In this document: piece after piece, positions 13,798 through 29,319 of the stretch
Layout of the letters: each line of letters begins with the position of its first letter
How positions within the stretch are numbered: position 1 is the stretch's first letter
Source: the human T2T-CHM13v2.0 reference genome, Homo sapiens
Assembly (NCBI RefSeq): GCF_009914755.1
Contig: NC_060928.1
DNA: 64,000 nucleotides
Strand: one strand, 5' to 3'
The notes under the pieces: generated by a model
Told to the model about the DNA's origin: nothing
The model's database searches: none
The model's input: the letters and a program-made list of their open reading frames with translations, nothing else
Program-made: the position numbers and the translations under genes

Positions 13798-14323
13798 AAA
13801 GGAACATAGATCACAACACCAGAGGGAAGAGACCCAGCAGACGGGTCCTATGCAGAAACTTGCTCCCCAGTGATCCACAAGTCACCCAGGAGGTAAAGTA
13901 TATGCAAGCCACATCAGTGTTCCAGGATGAGGGTTGCCATTAACAAGTTTGTTTCCAGCCCTGAAATCTGTTCCCATTTGAACAAATATTACTCTTAGGA
14001 ATAGTATAGGGCTCCCCCACCAAGATGGTTTAAGCAAAGGTCATAGGCCCTGCCTGTCTAAAAATGTAACCCTGAAGTTCTTTTTGGGTGAAAGCATTGT
14101 TAGGTGTCTCAGACAAGGACTGTTCTATTCAACACGGAAGCACGCGTTTGCTTGTGAGCTGTTACTGCAGACTTGCCTGAGATGCATCCAGCCCAGAAGG
14201 GCAGGCACAGTGGGCAGCTTGTGTATGGAGGGAGATCAACCGGGAGAAGACACAAAGATACATTTTTGAGACTTTATTATTTCCCATCTAAAAGTCCACC
14301 CCTATTCTAGTGGCCAGAATTGA

Positions 14324-14629
<306 letters not shown>

Positions 14630-14775
14630 TAAGTAGCTAGGATTGCAGGCGTCCGCCACCCTGCCCAGCTAATTTTTGTATTTTTAGTAGAGGTGGGGTT
14701 TCATCATGTTGGTCAGGCTGGTCTCGAACTCCTGACCACAGGTGATCTGCCCTCCGTGGCCTCCCAAAGTGCTGG

Positions 14776-16573
14776 TGAGAGGTGAAGCCGGCTGGGCTTC
14801 TGGGATGGGTGGGGACTTGGAGAACTTATTTGTCTAGCTAAAGGATTGTAAACGCACCAATCAGCACTCTGTGTCTAGCTAAAGGTTTGTAAATGCACCA
14901 ATCAGCACTCTGTCAAAAATGGACCAATCAGCACTCTGTAAAATGGACCAATCAGCACTCTGTAAAATGGACCAATCAGCTTGCTGTAAAATGGACCAAT
15001 CAGCAGGATGTGGGTGGGGCCAAATAAGGGGATAAAAAGCAGGCCATGCGAGCCACCTGTGGCAACCCACTTGGGTTCCCTGCGATGTTGTGGAAGGGTT
15101 GTTGTTTTGCTGTTTCCAGTAAATGTTGGTGTTGCTCAGTTTTTGGGTCCACACTGTGTTTATGAGCTGTAACACGCACTGCAAAGGTCTGCAGCTTCAC
15201 TCCTGAGGTCAGCGAGACCATGAACTCACCAACCTGCTGGGAGGGATGAACAACTCCGGACGCGCCACGTTTATGAACTGTAACACCACGAAGGTCTGCA
15301 GCTTCGCTCCTGAGGCCAGCACGACCATGAACCCATTAGAAGGAATGAACAACTCCAGACGCGCTGCCCTTAGGAGCCGTAACACTCACTGTGAAGGTAA
15401 GCAGTTTCACTCCTTAAGTCAGGGAGACCACGAACCCACCAGAAGGAAGAAACTCCAGACACACCGAAGGGGTGGCCTGTCCCTCCACACCTGTGGATAT
15501 TTCTAGTTGGGTGGGACGAGAGAGTGAGAAAAGAAATGACACAAAGTATAGAGGAAACAACAGTGGGCCCAGAGCACCAGCACCAGCACTGGTCTCTGAG
15601 TTCCCTCAGTTTCTATTGATTACTATCTTCATTATTTCAGTAAAAAGGAATGTAGTAGGAGGGCAGGGTGATAATGAGAAGGTCAGCAACAAACGTGAGC
15701 AATAGAATCTGTGTCATAATTAAGTTCGAGGGAAGGTACTATGACTGGACGTGCACGTAAGCCAGATTTATGTTTCTCTCCACCCAAACATCTCAGTGGA
15801 GTAAAGAATAACAAGGCAGCACTGCTGCAAGCATGTCTCGCCTCCCACCATAGGGCGGTTTTTCTCTGATCTCAGAATTGAACAAATGTACTATCGGGTT
15901 TTATACCGAGACATTCAGTTCCCAGGGGCAGGCAGGAGACCTGGGCAGTTCCAGAGGCAGGCAGGATAGTGGCCGCCTTCTATCTCAACTGCAAGAGGCT
16001 TTCCTTTTACTAATCCACCTCAGCACAGACCCTTTTCAGGTGTCGGGCTGGGGGACGGTCAGGTCTTTCTCATCCCATGAGGCCATATTTCAGACTATCA
16101 CAAGGGGAGAAACCTTGGACAATACCCTGCTTTCAAGGGCAGAGGTCCCTGCGGCTTTCCTCAGTGCATTGTGCCCCTGGTTTATTGAGACTAGAGAATG
16201 GCGATGACTTTTACCAAGTATACTGCTTGTAAACATTTTGTTAACAAGGGATGTCCTGCACAGCCCTAGATCCCTTAAACCTTGATTTCATACAACACAT
16301 GTTTTTGTGAGCTCCAGGTTGGGTCAAAGTGGCTGGGGCAAAGTGGTTGGGGCAAAGCTACAAATTAACATCTCAGCAAAGCAATTGTTTAAAGTACAGG
16401 TCTTTTTCAAAATGGAGTCTCTTATGTCTTTCCTTTCTATATAGACACAGTAACAGTCTGATCTTTCCTTTCCCTACAACACACCATCTTTAAGAACTAT
16501 AACACTCACCACAAGGGCCCATGGCTTCATTCTTGAAGTCAGCGAGACCAAGAACCCACCAATTCTGGACACA
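14776..16573 (+). mobile_element. LTR12-family (ERV9) solo LTR, short type, interrupted by LTR5
   Basis: tgagaggtgaagccggctggg start, accaatcagc repeats, ccaattctggacaca end; 4-bp TSD ctgg. Confidence 0.93.
15465..16478 (-). mobile_element. HERV-K (HML-2) solo LTR, LTR5A-like
   Basis: - strand tgtagggaaaggaaagatcagactgttactgtgtc...ggccaccccttcg; 6-bp TSD acacac (15459-15464 and 16479-16484). Confidence 0.92.
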
Positions 16574-17110
16574 CTGGGATTACGGGCATGAGTCACTGCA
16601 CCCAGCTCATCTTGCACCTTTTTAAAGGCTGCATTCTGTCTCTCAACTAGCTCTTTGTCCTGTATCTCTTTTCTCTCTAGTGCCCAAAGCAGGGCTCAGA
16701 TGGGGTTGGACGCAGCCATCAATGGCCAGGGGATGACTTAGTTGCTCGAAAGTGCAATCTGGGCTGTCTTGTTACTAAAAACAGTTCTGTGAAATGCTAC
16801 AGTCAACAGCCACTTGCTGGTTTAACTCAGTGATTGAACTGGATACAGTGACTAGAGAGAATCCAAATAGTATGGAGGCCCAAGGTCAGCTGCCTTGTTG
16901 AGTCAGTCAGCAGAGAGAAAGCTCTCCACCAGAGTACGCAGAAGTGTAGCGGGCTATCTTCAGGGAACTATGTCCTGGATAGCTACAGGATACGGTTTTA
17001 GGTGTTCTGTCAATGATCATATTATTTAGTGCAGTTAAATAAGGATTTATTCACTGATCAAGCAGAATTTTTAAAAATATATACTTCCCGAATGCTAAAA
17101 ATGGAATTAA

Positions 17111-17622
<512 letters not shown>

Positions 17623-18133
17623 TAGACCCCGGACCTTAACAGCAGCTGTTAAGGACACAGCCCCCGTTTGGCCAACGCTAAGCATTTTGCCAAATAGTAG
17701 CTTGTTCTGCCTTCTGTGCAACTCTCCGCTGGATTCTGTTCAGTCGAAGGGGATGGCAGGAGTGAACGCCTCCGAACTGTGTGTGTAAGGAGAGGGAGGG
17801 GCTGGCAGACATCTTGTGATTGACAGCAACCCAGTGTCAGTCCATCCGTCATTCATTGGTCTCTGACCCCAGCACAAATCCCACCGAGGCTGTTGGAACC
17901 TCGGTAGAGGAAGTTGGGGTCTCGCACCAGAAACAAACGTTCCTTACTTACAGAGGGGCAGCTTTCCCTGGAAGTTGACCGGGTCCGGCATCTGCTCACA
18001 TACGCCTTTCCACTGCCTGGGAAGACAGAGTGGCAAACTGGCTGGGCATTTGTAACCATGTCATCTGGAATCCTGTTTGCATGTGGATGGAGACTTTTCT
18101 TACTGTACTCTGAACTGTTCATTCATTCTTTGA

Positions 18134-18438
<305 letters not shown>

Positions 18439-18639
18439 ACTTAACAGATGTTTATTGAACACTAAAAATGTGTCAGGTGCTCTCTTAAGCCAGTTCAAGT
18501 ACATTGGTGAACAAAATACACCAAGACTCCCCTCCTCATGGGTATTTTAGGATGGATAATAAACCACAAATATAATAGATAAACATTAGAAAGTATTTTA
18601 GAAGGTGATACATGCTATGAAAAAAGAAATAACAGCAGG

Positions 18640-18950
18640 GTGCCAAGCATGGTAGTTCACACCTGTAATCCTAGCACTTTGGAAGGCTGAGGTGGGTAGA
18701 CTGATAGAGCCTAGGCGTTGAAGACCAGCCTGGGCAACATAGCAAGACACCATTTGTACAAAAAAATGCAAAAATTAGAGGTGGGTGTGGTGGCACATGC
18801 CTGTACTCCCAGCTACTCGGGAGACTCAGATGGGAGGATCACTGCTGCCTGGGTGGATGAGGCTGTAACAAGCCATGATTGCGCCACTGGATTCCAGCCC
18901 GTGTGACAGAGTGAGACCCTGTTTTTCCCCACCCAACCCCCGGCAAAAAA
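18640..18950 (+). mobile_element. Alu (AluJ-like)
   Basis: Diverged dimeric Alu. Confidence 0.88.
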
Positions 18951-20439
18951 GAAGGAGAGCAGGGTGAGTGGGGGTTACATTGTTAAATAGGAGGTCAGAG
19001 CAGGACTCGCCAAAAAAGTAGCGTTTAAGCAAAAACTTGAAGAGGACATTAGCTTTGAGGTGGTTGGAGAAAGCAGGCTTTAGGCACAGAGAAGAGTTAG
19101 TTTCAATGTCCCGAAGGAGGGGCATGCCCAACGGGAATTTCCAGAGCAGTGTGGGGAGCAGAGTGAGCAAGGCGATGAGATCACAGAGGTGTCGGATCTT
19201 GCCAGACCTTCCAGGCCATTCATTGCACAGACTTGGCTTTTTCTCTGAATAGGGAACCACTGGGAGGTTAGAGCAAAGGAGTGACGAGCTCTGACTTAGC
19301 TTTCACAGGATCACTCTGGCTGCTGTGTTGATCCTGGACTGTCAGGGTACAAAGGTAGAGGAGACATTGCGGTGATCCCAGGGCCCTGGAGAGAGGAGTG
19401 GCAGTGGAACTGATGAGAGGTGCTCAGATGCTGGAGAGAACTAGAGTGACTTGCCCAAGGTCACACAGCTAGTCAGCAGGAGAGCCAGGTAAGAGCCCAA
19501 TTCTCCCAAATTACAATGTCATGCTTAATCCACTACCCTTCTCTTCAGTCTTTCGGCACCTCGTGGCCATGCTGAGATGCAGGTTTCACATGTGATTTTT
19601 GGTTGTCTTGGAGGCATCAATGCATTTGAGTATATGTCTAGGTATCTCATTCCAGCACCATTCTTTTGAAAATGTTTTGGGGCTAGAAGGTAGTATATCA
19701 GACATCCACTCTTTGCTACACACACTGATACCTGGATATGATTTCTAGATATTTTTGCAAAAATTCTTGTATACACCCTTTTTCTCTGTCGAAGGCACAT
19801 CTAGTGATACCAATATGACACTGAAGGCACCCGAGGTGGATTCCTGGCAAGCTTCTACTGTGCATAAGATGAAGATCTGCTCTTGTCTGATGGCTACTCC
19901 AGGAAGAAGCAGATGAGCTACGGCTGGAATTATAGCCATGATGCTTTTCTCTAATCTAGAAGGTTCCTGAGGATGTCAGTGACTGATCTGTGGCTTGGCA
20001 TGTTCACTGAGTCGGTTCTGTCCACATTTCCAGTCTAATGTAGCCAGGAGGGGTTCTCATAGCAGACACTCTGAGGTGTCTCAGCCTTTAGATTGCAGGA
20101 GACAGATCTGGACTTAGGCCGCTGGCTTAGGGGATGCCGCCAAGTGACCTAAAGAGTTTCAGAGTCTTAACTAAACCGGAGGGGATAGCTTCAGTCTTGC
20201 CACAACTTCCTAAATGGGCCTTCCAGCAGAACCATTAGACTGCAAGTGCCAAACAGACATGTTGTATTCACCGCCTTGTCTCCAGCTCCCCCAGAACCAT
20301 CCATGGTGCATTAGAAAAAAAGAATATTTGTTGCACATATAGGTAAATTTGGGCCTACTCTTTAGAAATGATTTATTCCTCAGTTTCGGATTCCTCTTTT
20401 TTTTCTTTCCTATTTCTTGTCCTTTCTCATTACTTTTTA

Positions 20440-20575
20440 TTTATTTATCAATTTATTTATTTCAGGGTCTTGCTATGTTCCCCAGGCTGGTCTCAAACTC
20501 CTGGCCTCAGGCAGTTGCCTCGCTTCAGCCTCCCAAGGTGCTGGGATTACAGGCATGAGCCACTGCACCTAGCCT
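20440..20575 (-). mobile_element. Alu monomer (FLAM-like)
   Basis: Single reverse left arm with TTTA tail. Confidence 0.8.
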
Positions 20576-20677
20576 GCCTTCTTCATTTTCCAAATTTACA
20601 TTTACATTTGAGAACTCCTCCCTCACCCCACCCCATGTCCGTTTGTCATTTGCTCAGAATCAAACCACAGAGGCCCA

Positions 20678-20978
20678 GACCGGGCACGGTAGCTCACGCC
20701 TGTAATCCCAGCACTTTGGGAGGCCAAGAGGGGTGGACCACCTGAGGTCAGGAATTCAAGACCAGCCTGACCAGCATAGTGAAACCCCATGCCTTCTAAA
20801 AATACAAAAATTAGCCAGGCGTCATGGCACATGCCTGTAATCCCAGGTACTGGGGAGGCTGAGGCAGGAGAATTGCTTGAACCCGGGGGGGGCGGATGTT
20901 GCAGTGAGCTGAGATCATGCCGCTGCACTCTAGCCTGGGCGACAGAATGAGACCCTGTTTCAATAAATAAATAAATAA
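20678..20978 (+). mobile_element. Alu (AluS-like)
   Basis: Dimeric Alu with AAAT tail. Confidence 0.93.
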
Positions 20979-21094
20979 TGGGCCCATATGAATGCCCGTA
21001 AAAGCACTGGCCGTAATCATATCTAATGCCCTAATACCTGGAAGCTTCCAAGTCCCACGACAGCAAAGTCCTGGTGCTTTTGAAAGCAGAAATT

Positions 21095-21435
<341 letters not shown>

Positions 21436-22934
21436 TTATTCTCATGGCTAGTTCCAGGTAAGTTGGAGATGTACCGTGGCCTACATAACGTGCCTAAGGA
21501 TACGGACAATTTCTGTCAAAGTGTAACAATGAGAGTTCTATCAGACACTGCAGGCTGATGGCCCATGTCGTTCATTCACCGTGGGTGCTCTAGCCCTAAG
21601 TCACTTTGCAGAAGTTTTTTTGTTTTTTCTCAAGCCACATTTCTTTGTCCTCCCACCAGGGAAAACCCCAGCTGACATCTTTTCTTCTGGAGACAGTACA
21701 AGATGACGTCTTTGGAGGGCTCTTCAAATAAAGTATGATGCAAATAAAAAGATTTTGCCTTTTGGAAACTTCTTCCGAAACCCCTTATGGTATTTCATCA
21801 ATCACAAAAATGGGAATTGAGTCACCTGCCCGAGCCCTGTAACCAGGACAGTTGTAGCACACGCTGAACGATGGCCCTGACAGATGTGACTGAGTCTCCC
21901 TCGCCTTCTGTTTTGTTTGTGTGTCCAGAACTCCTATTTGTGAGAAAATTGTATTCCCTGCGCTTGAGTCCTGGTCTTCTGAGCTGACATAAGGAACTGT
22001 AAGCAGTGGGGGCTGCCATGCAGCAGGGCTCCATCTGCCCCAAGTCTCTGTGACTGCTGCTCGCTGCACAGAGGCCCTGGGTGATCAGAGGCTGCACCGG
22101 TGAACCTGTGCAGCCCCGCGCATCCCGACAGGCCACACGTAATTTCTGCCTCTCAGTGAAATCTACCTGCAAGATTTGCTCTTATTTTCTCTGCAGCAAA
22201 CAACAGGATGAACTTTATTTTCTCATTGAAAACAAGGTGCCGGGAAGTGATTGCGCACCCGTCGGAGATGCACAGAGCCTTGGGCTTCAGACTCTCCCCT
22301 GAAGCCCCGAAAAGCCACCCTCATTGACCACATGTACTGAGTGCCCATCCGAGCAGGACTGCAGGAGCGGCTGGACTGTCCATGACCCCTAACAACCCAC
22401 ATGTCCAGAGATGGCGTTTCTGTCTTCTTGGGAGGGAGGCCTGTTGAGCTGCATCTGCACCTCATGATGCCCGGAGTGGCACGTGGAGCTGCACCTGCAC
22501 ACTTGGCTTCTGGTTGCCGGGGTGCCCAGGGAGTTCACCATCGGATAGCAGCCCGCTGCCTGCCTCTCTCTGCCCTCCTGTGGGACACTCCTCGGCTCCC
22601 ATGACCTCTCGGAGCCCACATTTGCCCTCCTGCTCACCTCACCAGGCCCTGGAAGTTGCAGGCTGCAGGTGGGCAAGGGAGGCTGCCACCACTGCTTGGG
22701 ATCCGGTCTCCTGGTGGCTGCCTGCAGAGACCGCCCAGATAAGGGGACGAGGAGTTGGTGTCCTGTGAGACAAACTTCAGTCAATGGCAGACAAGAGTCA
22801 GTGGATGAAGTCTGCCTTCCTTCGTGGACTGTTTTATGATACTGTTTATAGTTTAGTCAGCCTCTCCGGAGACATCCTGTAAGGCAGAAAAATCACGGTT
22901 TTGTGAGGAGCTCAGCAATGCACTTGTGTTTGCT

Positions 22935-23320
22935 CTCCCTCCTTCCCTCCTTGCTCCTTCCTTCCTTCCCTGCTTCCTCCTTCCCCTTTCTTCCTTTTCT
23001 GCTTCCTCTTTTCCCCCTTCCCCCTTTTTTCTTTCCTCTTTTCTCCTTCCTCCTTCCCTCCTTCCTTCACTGATACTTTTTGGGATTACTCTCCCTAGTA
23101 AAGCATAAGCACAAATGCCTTGTCCTTGGTTCTGGTTTCCAGAGAACCTGGGCTAAGATAAGTTTATTCCAGAATATCTTGATCTTGAATGTCCTTCTCT
23201 GTCTCCTTCCTTCCTTCTTTCCTCCCTCCCTCCCTCCTTATTTCCTCCTCCTTCTTTTTTCTTTTTTCCTTTCCTTTCTTTTCCGTTTTTTTTCTTTTCC
23301 TTTCTTTCTCTTTTCTTTTG
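22935..23320. repeat. CT-rich low-complexity tracts
   Basis: Two polypyrimidine blocks of ccttc/cttt units. Confidence 0.85.
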
Positions 23321-23598
23321 ACGGAGTCTCACTCTGTCGCCCAGGCTGGAGTACATGACACAATCTTGGCTCTCTGCAACCACCACCTCCCATGTTCAAG
23401 CGATTCTCCTGCCTCAGCCTCCCGAGTAGGTGGGATTATAGGCACACAGCACCACGCCCAGATAATTTTTGTATTTTTTGAAGAGATGGGGTTTCACCGT
23501 GTTGGCCAGGCTGGTCTTGAATTCCTAAACTCAAGTGATTCGCCCGCCAAGGCCTCCCAAAGTGCTGGGATTACAGGCGTGAGCCACCACTCCGGGCC
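23320..23598 (-). mobile_element. Alu (AluS-like)
   Basis: Reverse dimeric Alu. Confidence 0.93.
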
Positions 23599-23880
23599 CT
23601 GAATTCTTTTTGCAATTTAAAACAGTGTTTGCAAAATTTTTGACCTAGGCCATTCATCTTCTTATTTTTACTATGTTATTTATAGAAGGAATATATATTT
23701 ATAGTAGAAAATTTGGAAAAGGCAGAAAAATATAAATAAGAAAATGAAAATAATTCACCAGCCATTACTGAATGATGAAGACCTTGAACTTTTTGGAGAA
23801 TTTTCTTCCAGTTTTTATTCTTTGCATCAAGAGTGTTCATTTTATAAGTAGTTGTCCCCAAAACAGCCAGACCTATTATT

Positions 23881-26800
23881 ATTATTTTTTTTATCCAGCA
23901 ATTGGATTTTTTTATTTTATTTTATTTTATTTTATTTATTTTATTTTATTTTATTTTTTATTGATCATTCTTGGGTGTTTCTCGCAGAGGGGGATTTGGC
24001 AGGGTCATAGGACAATAGTGGAGGGAAGGTCAGCAGATAAACAAGTGAACAAAGGTCTCTGGTTTTCCTAGGCAGAGGACGCTGGGGCCTTCCGCAGTGT
24101 TTGTGTCCCTGGGTACTTGAGATTAGGGAGTGGTGATGACTCTTAAGGAGCATGCTGCCTTCAAGCATCTGTTTAACAAAGCACATCTTGCACCACCCTT
24201 AATCCATTCAACCCTGAGTGGACACAGCACATGTTTCAGAGAGCACAGGGTTGGGGGTAAGGTCAGAGATCAACAGGATCCCAAGGCAGAAGAATTTTTC
24301 TTAGTACAGAACAAAATGAAAAGTCTCCCATGTCTACTTCTATCCACACAGACCCGGCAACCATCCGATTTCTCAATTTTTTCCCCACCCTTCCCGCCTT
24401 TCTATTCCACAAAACCGCCATTGTCATCATGGCCCATCCCCAATGAGCCGCTGGGCACACCTCCCAGACGGGGTCGTGGCCGGGCAGAGGGGCTCCTCAC
24501 TTCCCAGTAGGGGCGGCCGGGCAGAAGCGCCCCTCACCTCCCGGATGGGGCGGCTGGCCGGGCGGGGGCTGACCCCCCACCACCCTCCCGGACGGGGCAG
24601 CTGGCCAGGCAGAGCGGCTCCTCACTTCCCAGTAGGGGCGGCCGGGCAGAGGCGCCCCTCACCTCCTGGATAGGGCGGCTGGCCGGGCGGGGGGCTGTCC
24701 CCCCCACCTCCCTCCCGGATGGGGCGGCTGGCTGGGCAGAGGGGTCCTCACTTCCCAGTAGGGGCGGCCGGGCAGAGGCGCCCCTCACCTCCCGGACGGG
24801 GCGGCCGGCCGGAAAGGGGGCTGACCCCCCCACCTCCCTCCCGGACGGGGCGGCTGGCCGGGCAGAGGGGCTCCTCACTTTCCAGTAGGGGCGGCCGGGC
24901 AGAGGCGCCCCTCACCTCCCGGACGGGGTGGCTGGCCAGGCGGGGGGCTGATCCCCCCACCTCCCTCCCGGACGGGGCGGCTGGCCGGGTGGGGGGCTGA
25001 CCCCCCACCTCCCTCCCGGACTGGGCGGCTGGCCGGGCGGGGGGCTGACCCCCCCCACCTCCCTCCCGGACGGGGCGGCCGGCCGGAAGGGGGGCTGACC
25101 CCCCCACCTCCCTCCCGGACAGGGCGGCTGGCCGACGCCCCCCCCGCCTCCCTCCCGGACGGGGCGGCTGGCCGGGCAGAGGAGCTCCTCACTTTCCAGT
25201 AGGGGCGGCCAGGCAGAGGCGCCCCTCACCTCCCGGACGGGGCGGCTGGCTGGGCGGGGGGCTGACCCCCCCTCCCCCTTCCCGGACAGGGCGGCTGGCC
25301 GGGCGGGGGGCTGACCCCCCCACCTCCCTCCCGGGCGGGGCGGCTGGCCGGGCAGAGGGGCTCCTCACTTCCCAGTAGGGGCGGCCGGGCAGAGGCGCCC
25401 CTCACCTCCCGGACGGGGCGGCTGGCCAGATGGGGGGCTGATCCCCCCACCTCCCTCCCGGACGGGGCGGCTGGCCGGGCGGGGGGCTGACCCCCCACCT
25501 CCCTCCCAGACTGGGCGGCTGGCTGGGCGGGGGGCTGACCCCCCCACCTCCCTCCCGGACGGGGCGGCTGGCCGGGCAGAGGGGTCCTCACTTCCCAGTA
25601 GGGGCGGCCGGGCAGAGGCGCCCCTCACCTCCCGGACGGGGCGGCTGGCCAGATGGGGGGCTGATCCCCCCACCTCCCTCCCGGACGGGGCGGCTGGCCG
25701 GGCGGGGGGCTGACCCCCCACCTCCCTCCCAGACTGGGCGGCTGGCTGGGCGGGGGGCTGACCCCCCCACCTCCCTCCCGGACGGGGCGGCTGGCCGGGC
25801 AGAGGGGTCCTCACTTCCCAGTAGGGGCGGCCGGGCAGAGGCGCCCCTCACCTCCCGGACGGGGCGGCTGGCCGGGCGGGGGGCTGACCCCCCCTCCCCC
25901 CTCCCGGATGGGGCGGCTGGCCAGGCGGGGGGCTGTCCCCCCCACCTCCCTCCCGGACGGGGCGGCTGGCCGGGCAGAGGGGTCCTCACTTCCCAGTAGG
26001 GGCGGCCGGGCAGAGGCGCCCCTCACCTCCCGGAAGGGGCGGCCGGCCGGAAGGAGGGCTGACCCCCCCACCTCCCTCCCGGACGGGGCGGCTGGCCGAC
26101 CCCCCCCCCGCCTCCCTCCCGGACGGGGCGGCTGGCCGGGCAGAGGGGCTCCTCACTTTCCAGTAGGGGCGGCCGGGCAGAGGCGCCCCTCACCTCCCGG
26201 ACGGGGCGGCTGGCCAGGCGGGGGGCTGATCCCCCCACCTCCCTCCCGGACGGGGCGGCTGGCCGGGCAGAGGGGTCCTCACTTCCCAGTAGGGGAGGCC
26301 GGGCAGAGGCGCCCCTCACCTCCCGGACGGGGCGGCCAGCCGGGCGGGGGGCTGACCCCCCCACCTCCCTCCCGGACGGGGTGGCTGCCGGGCGGAGACG
26401 CTCCTCACTTCCCAGACGGGGTGGTTGCCGGACGGAGGGGCTCCTCACTTCTCAGACGGGGCGGTTGCCAGGCAGAGGGTTTCCTCACTTCTCAGACGGA
26501 GCGGCCGGGCAGAGACGCTCCTCACCTCCCAGACAGGGTTGCGGCCCAGCAGAGGCGCTCCTCACATCCCAGACAGGGCGGTGGGGCAGAGGTGCTCCCC
26601 ACATCTCAGACGATGGGCGGCCGGGCAGAGACGCTCCTCACTTCCTAGATGGGATGGCGGCGGGGAAGAGGTGCTCCTCGCTTCCTAGATGGGATGGCGG
26701 CCGGGCAGAGACGCTCCTCACTTTCCAGACTGGGCAGCCAGGCAGAGGGGCTCCTCATATCCCAGACGATGGGCGGCCAGGCAGAGACGCTCCTCACTTC

Positions 26801-27241
26801 CCAGACGGGGTGGCGGCCGGGCAGAGGCTGCAATCTCGGCTCTTTGGGAGGCCAAGGCAGGCGGCTGGGAGGTGTAGGTTGTAGTGAGCTGAGATCACGC
26901 CACTGCACTCCAGCCTGGGCACCATTGAGCACTGAGTGAACGAGACTCCATCTGCAATCCCGGCACCTCGGGAGGCCGAGGCTGGCGGATCACTCGCGGT
27001 TAGGAGCTGGAGACCAGCCCGGCCAACACAGCGAAACCCCGTCTCCACCAAAAAAAAACGAAAACCAGTCAGGCGTGGCGGCGCGCGCCTGCAATCGCAG
27101 GCACTCGGCAGGCTGAGGCAGGAGAATCAGGCAGGGAGGTTGCAGTGAGCCGAGATGGCAGCAGTACCGTCCAGCTTTGGCTCGGCATCAGAGGGAGACC
27201 GTGGAGGGAGAGGGAGACCGTGGAGGGAGAGGGAGAGGGAG
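23881..27241 (-). mobile_element. Full-length SVA retrotransposon, resembling the young E/F subfamilies
   Basis: Short CCCTCT head (about 27196-27241), Alu-like domain, GC-rich VNTR (about 24460-26820), SINE-R (about 23960-24455), AATAAA at 23957-23962, A-rich tail; TSD agccagacctattatt (23865-23880 and 27242-27257). Confidence 0.96.
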
Positions 27242-27309
27242 AGCCAGACCTATTATTTTTAAACTGTCTCTCATGCCTGACACTAGACTCATTTGCAGAT
27301 TTTTAATTT

Positions 27310-27644
<335 letters not shown>

Positions 27645-28035
27645 TAGGGTGAGATTCCTAAGTGTATTCTCAGAAATTAATGGACATTGCCAAAGTGGCT
27701 AACATGCTTTAAAAATGCCTTAGTCATTGATAGCTTTTCTGCACACACGAAGCACTAATAATACTCTCACAATGACGCTCAGAGAACAATAGGGCGTGGG
27801 AGGAGGGCTGGTGATGCCGTTCTATAAATAAGAACTAAAGAACCATCCGGAGGTTCAGTTGAGAGATATTAGGCAGTTAAAGTGATTATTGCTAAAATAA
27901 AGAATATTCGTTTTGGTTTATTGGAAGCTATGGTAGCATTTTGGGAGACTGTGATTAGTTATTAATAGCACAGATGGTGATGAGTCAATCTTGGCTTCTC
28001 TGCTTGTAAGTTGTTTGACGTTGGGGTATTACTGA

Positions 28036-28341
<306 letters not shown>

Positions 28342-28941
28342 TACTTAAACTTTTTGAGTTCCAGTTTTCTCATCCGAAACATGATAATAGGCAATAATAA
28401 TAAAAAATAAAAATCTTGCAGAATTGTTCATTTATTTATTCAACAATTATTTGCTTAGTGCTGTCTAACAAACAACGGTTCAGGAGGCTGTAGTGTTTGG
28501 GTTATAGTAGTGAATGACACAGACAAGGTCTCAGCTATCTTGGAGCCCACAGCGACAGCTCAGCAAATGACAGCATCATCAGCACTGCCACCTCCACCAT
28601 TGTCATCGTTGTCATCGGTGAAATTTCCCTTATGTTGCATATTGATTTAAGAACATTGGTTAGCCCAGAGCACTGCATTTTTTAAAAACTAAATTAAACT
28701 TTTTATGTTGAGATAATTATAGATTCACATTCATTTGTAAGAAATATTACAAGGAGATCTTTTGTACCTTGCAAAACTAAAGTACAAGATCACAAGAGAA
28801 TACTGACATTGATACAATCCACCAGTCTTAATCAGATTTCCCCACTTGTGTGTGTGTGTGTGTGTGTGTGTATTTAATTCTAGGCAATTTTATCACCTAT
28901 GTAGGTTGATATATCCACCACCATAGTGAAGATACAGAATA

Positions 28942-29080
28942 GGCCAGCACGGTGGCTCATACCTATAATCCCAGCACTTTGGGAGACCAAGGTGGGAAGA
29001 TTGCTTGTGGCCAGAAGTTTTTGAGAGCAGCCTGCAACGTAGTGAGACCTATTTTTTTCTAAGAAAAAAACAGAAAAAGA
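28942..29080 (+). mobile_element. Alu monomer (FLAM-like)
   Basis: Left arm only; flanked by gaagatacagaa direct repeats. Confidence 0.85.
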
Positions 29081-29319
29081 AGATACAGAAAAGATCCATC
29101 TCTATGAGGATTCTATGTGTTGTTAACCATTGCTCCCCACCCCCCCCGCCCGCCCCCGCCACCTCACACAGTTCCTCATCTCTGGCAACAACTAATCTGC
29201 TCTCCATTTCTTTCATTTCATCATTTCAAGAATGTTATATAAATAGGATACTACAATATATAACTTTGGGGATCAGCATTTTTCACTCAGCATAATTCCT
29301 CAGAGATTAACCCGATCCA

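Noticed and set aside
23965-27148. Many long Pro/Gly/Arg-rich ORFs, up to 246 aa
   Set aside because: All lie within the SVA; the GC-rich VNTR simply lacks stop codons.
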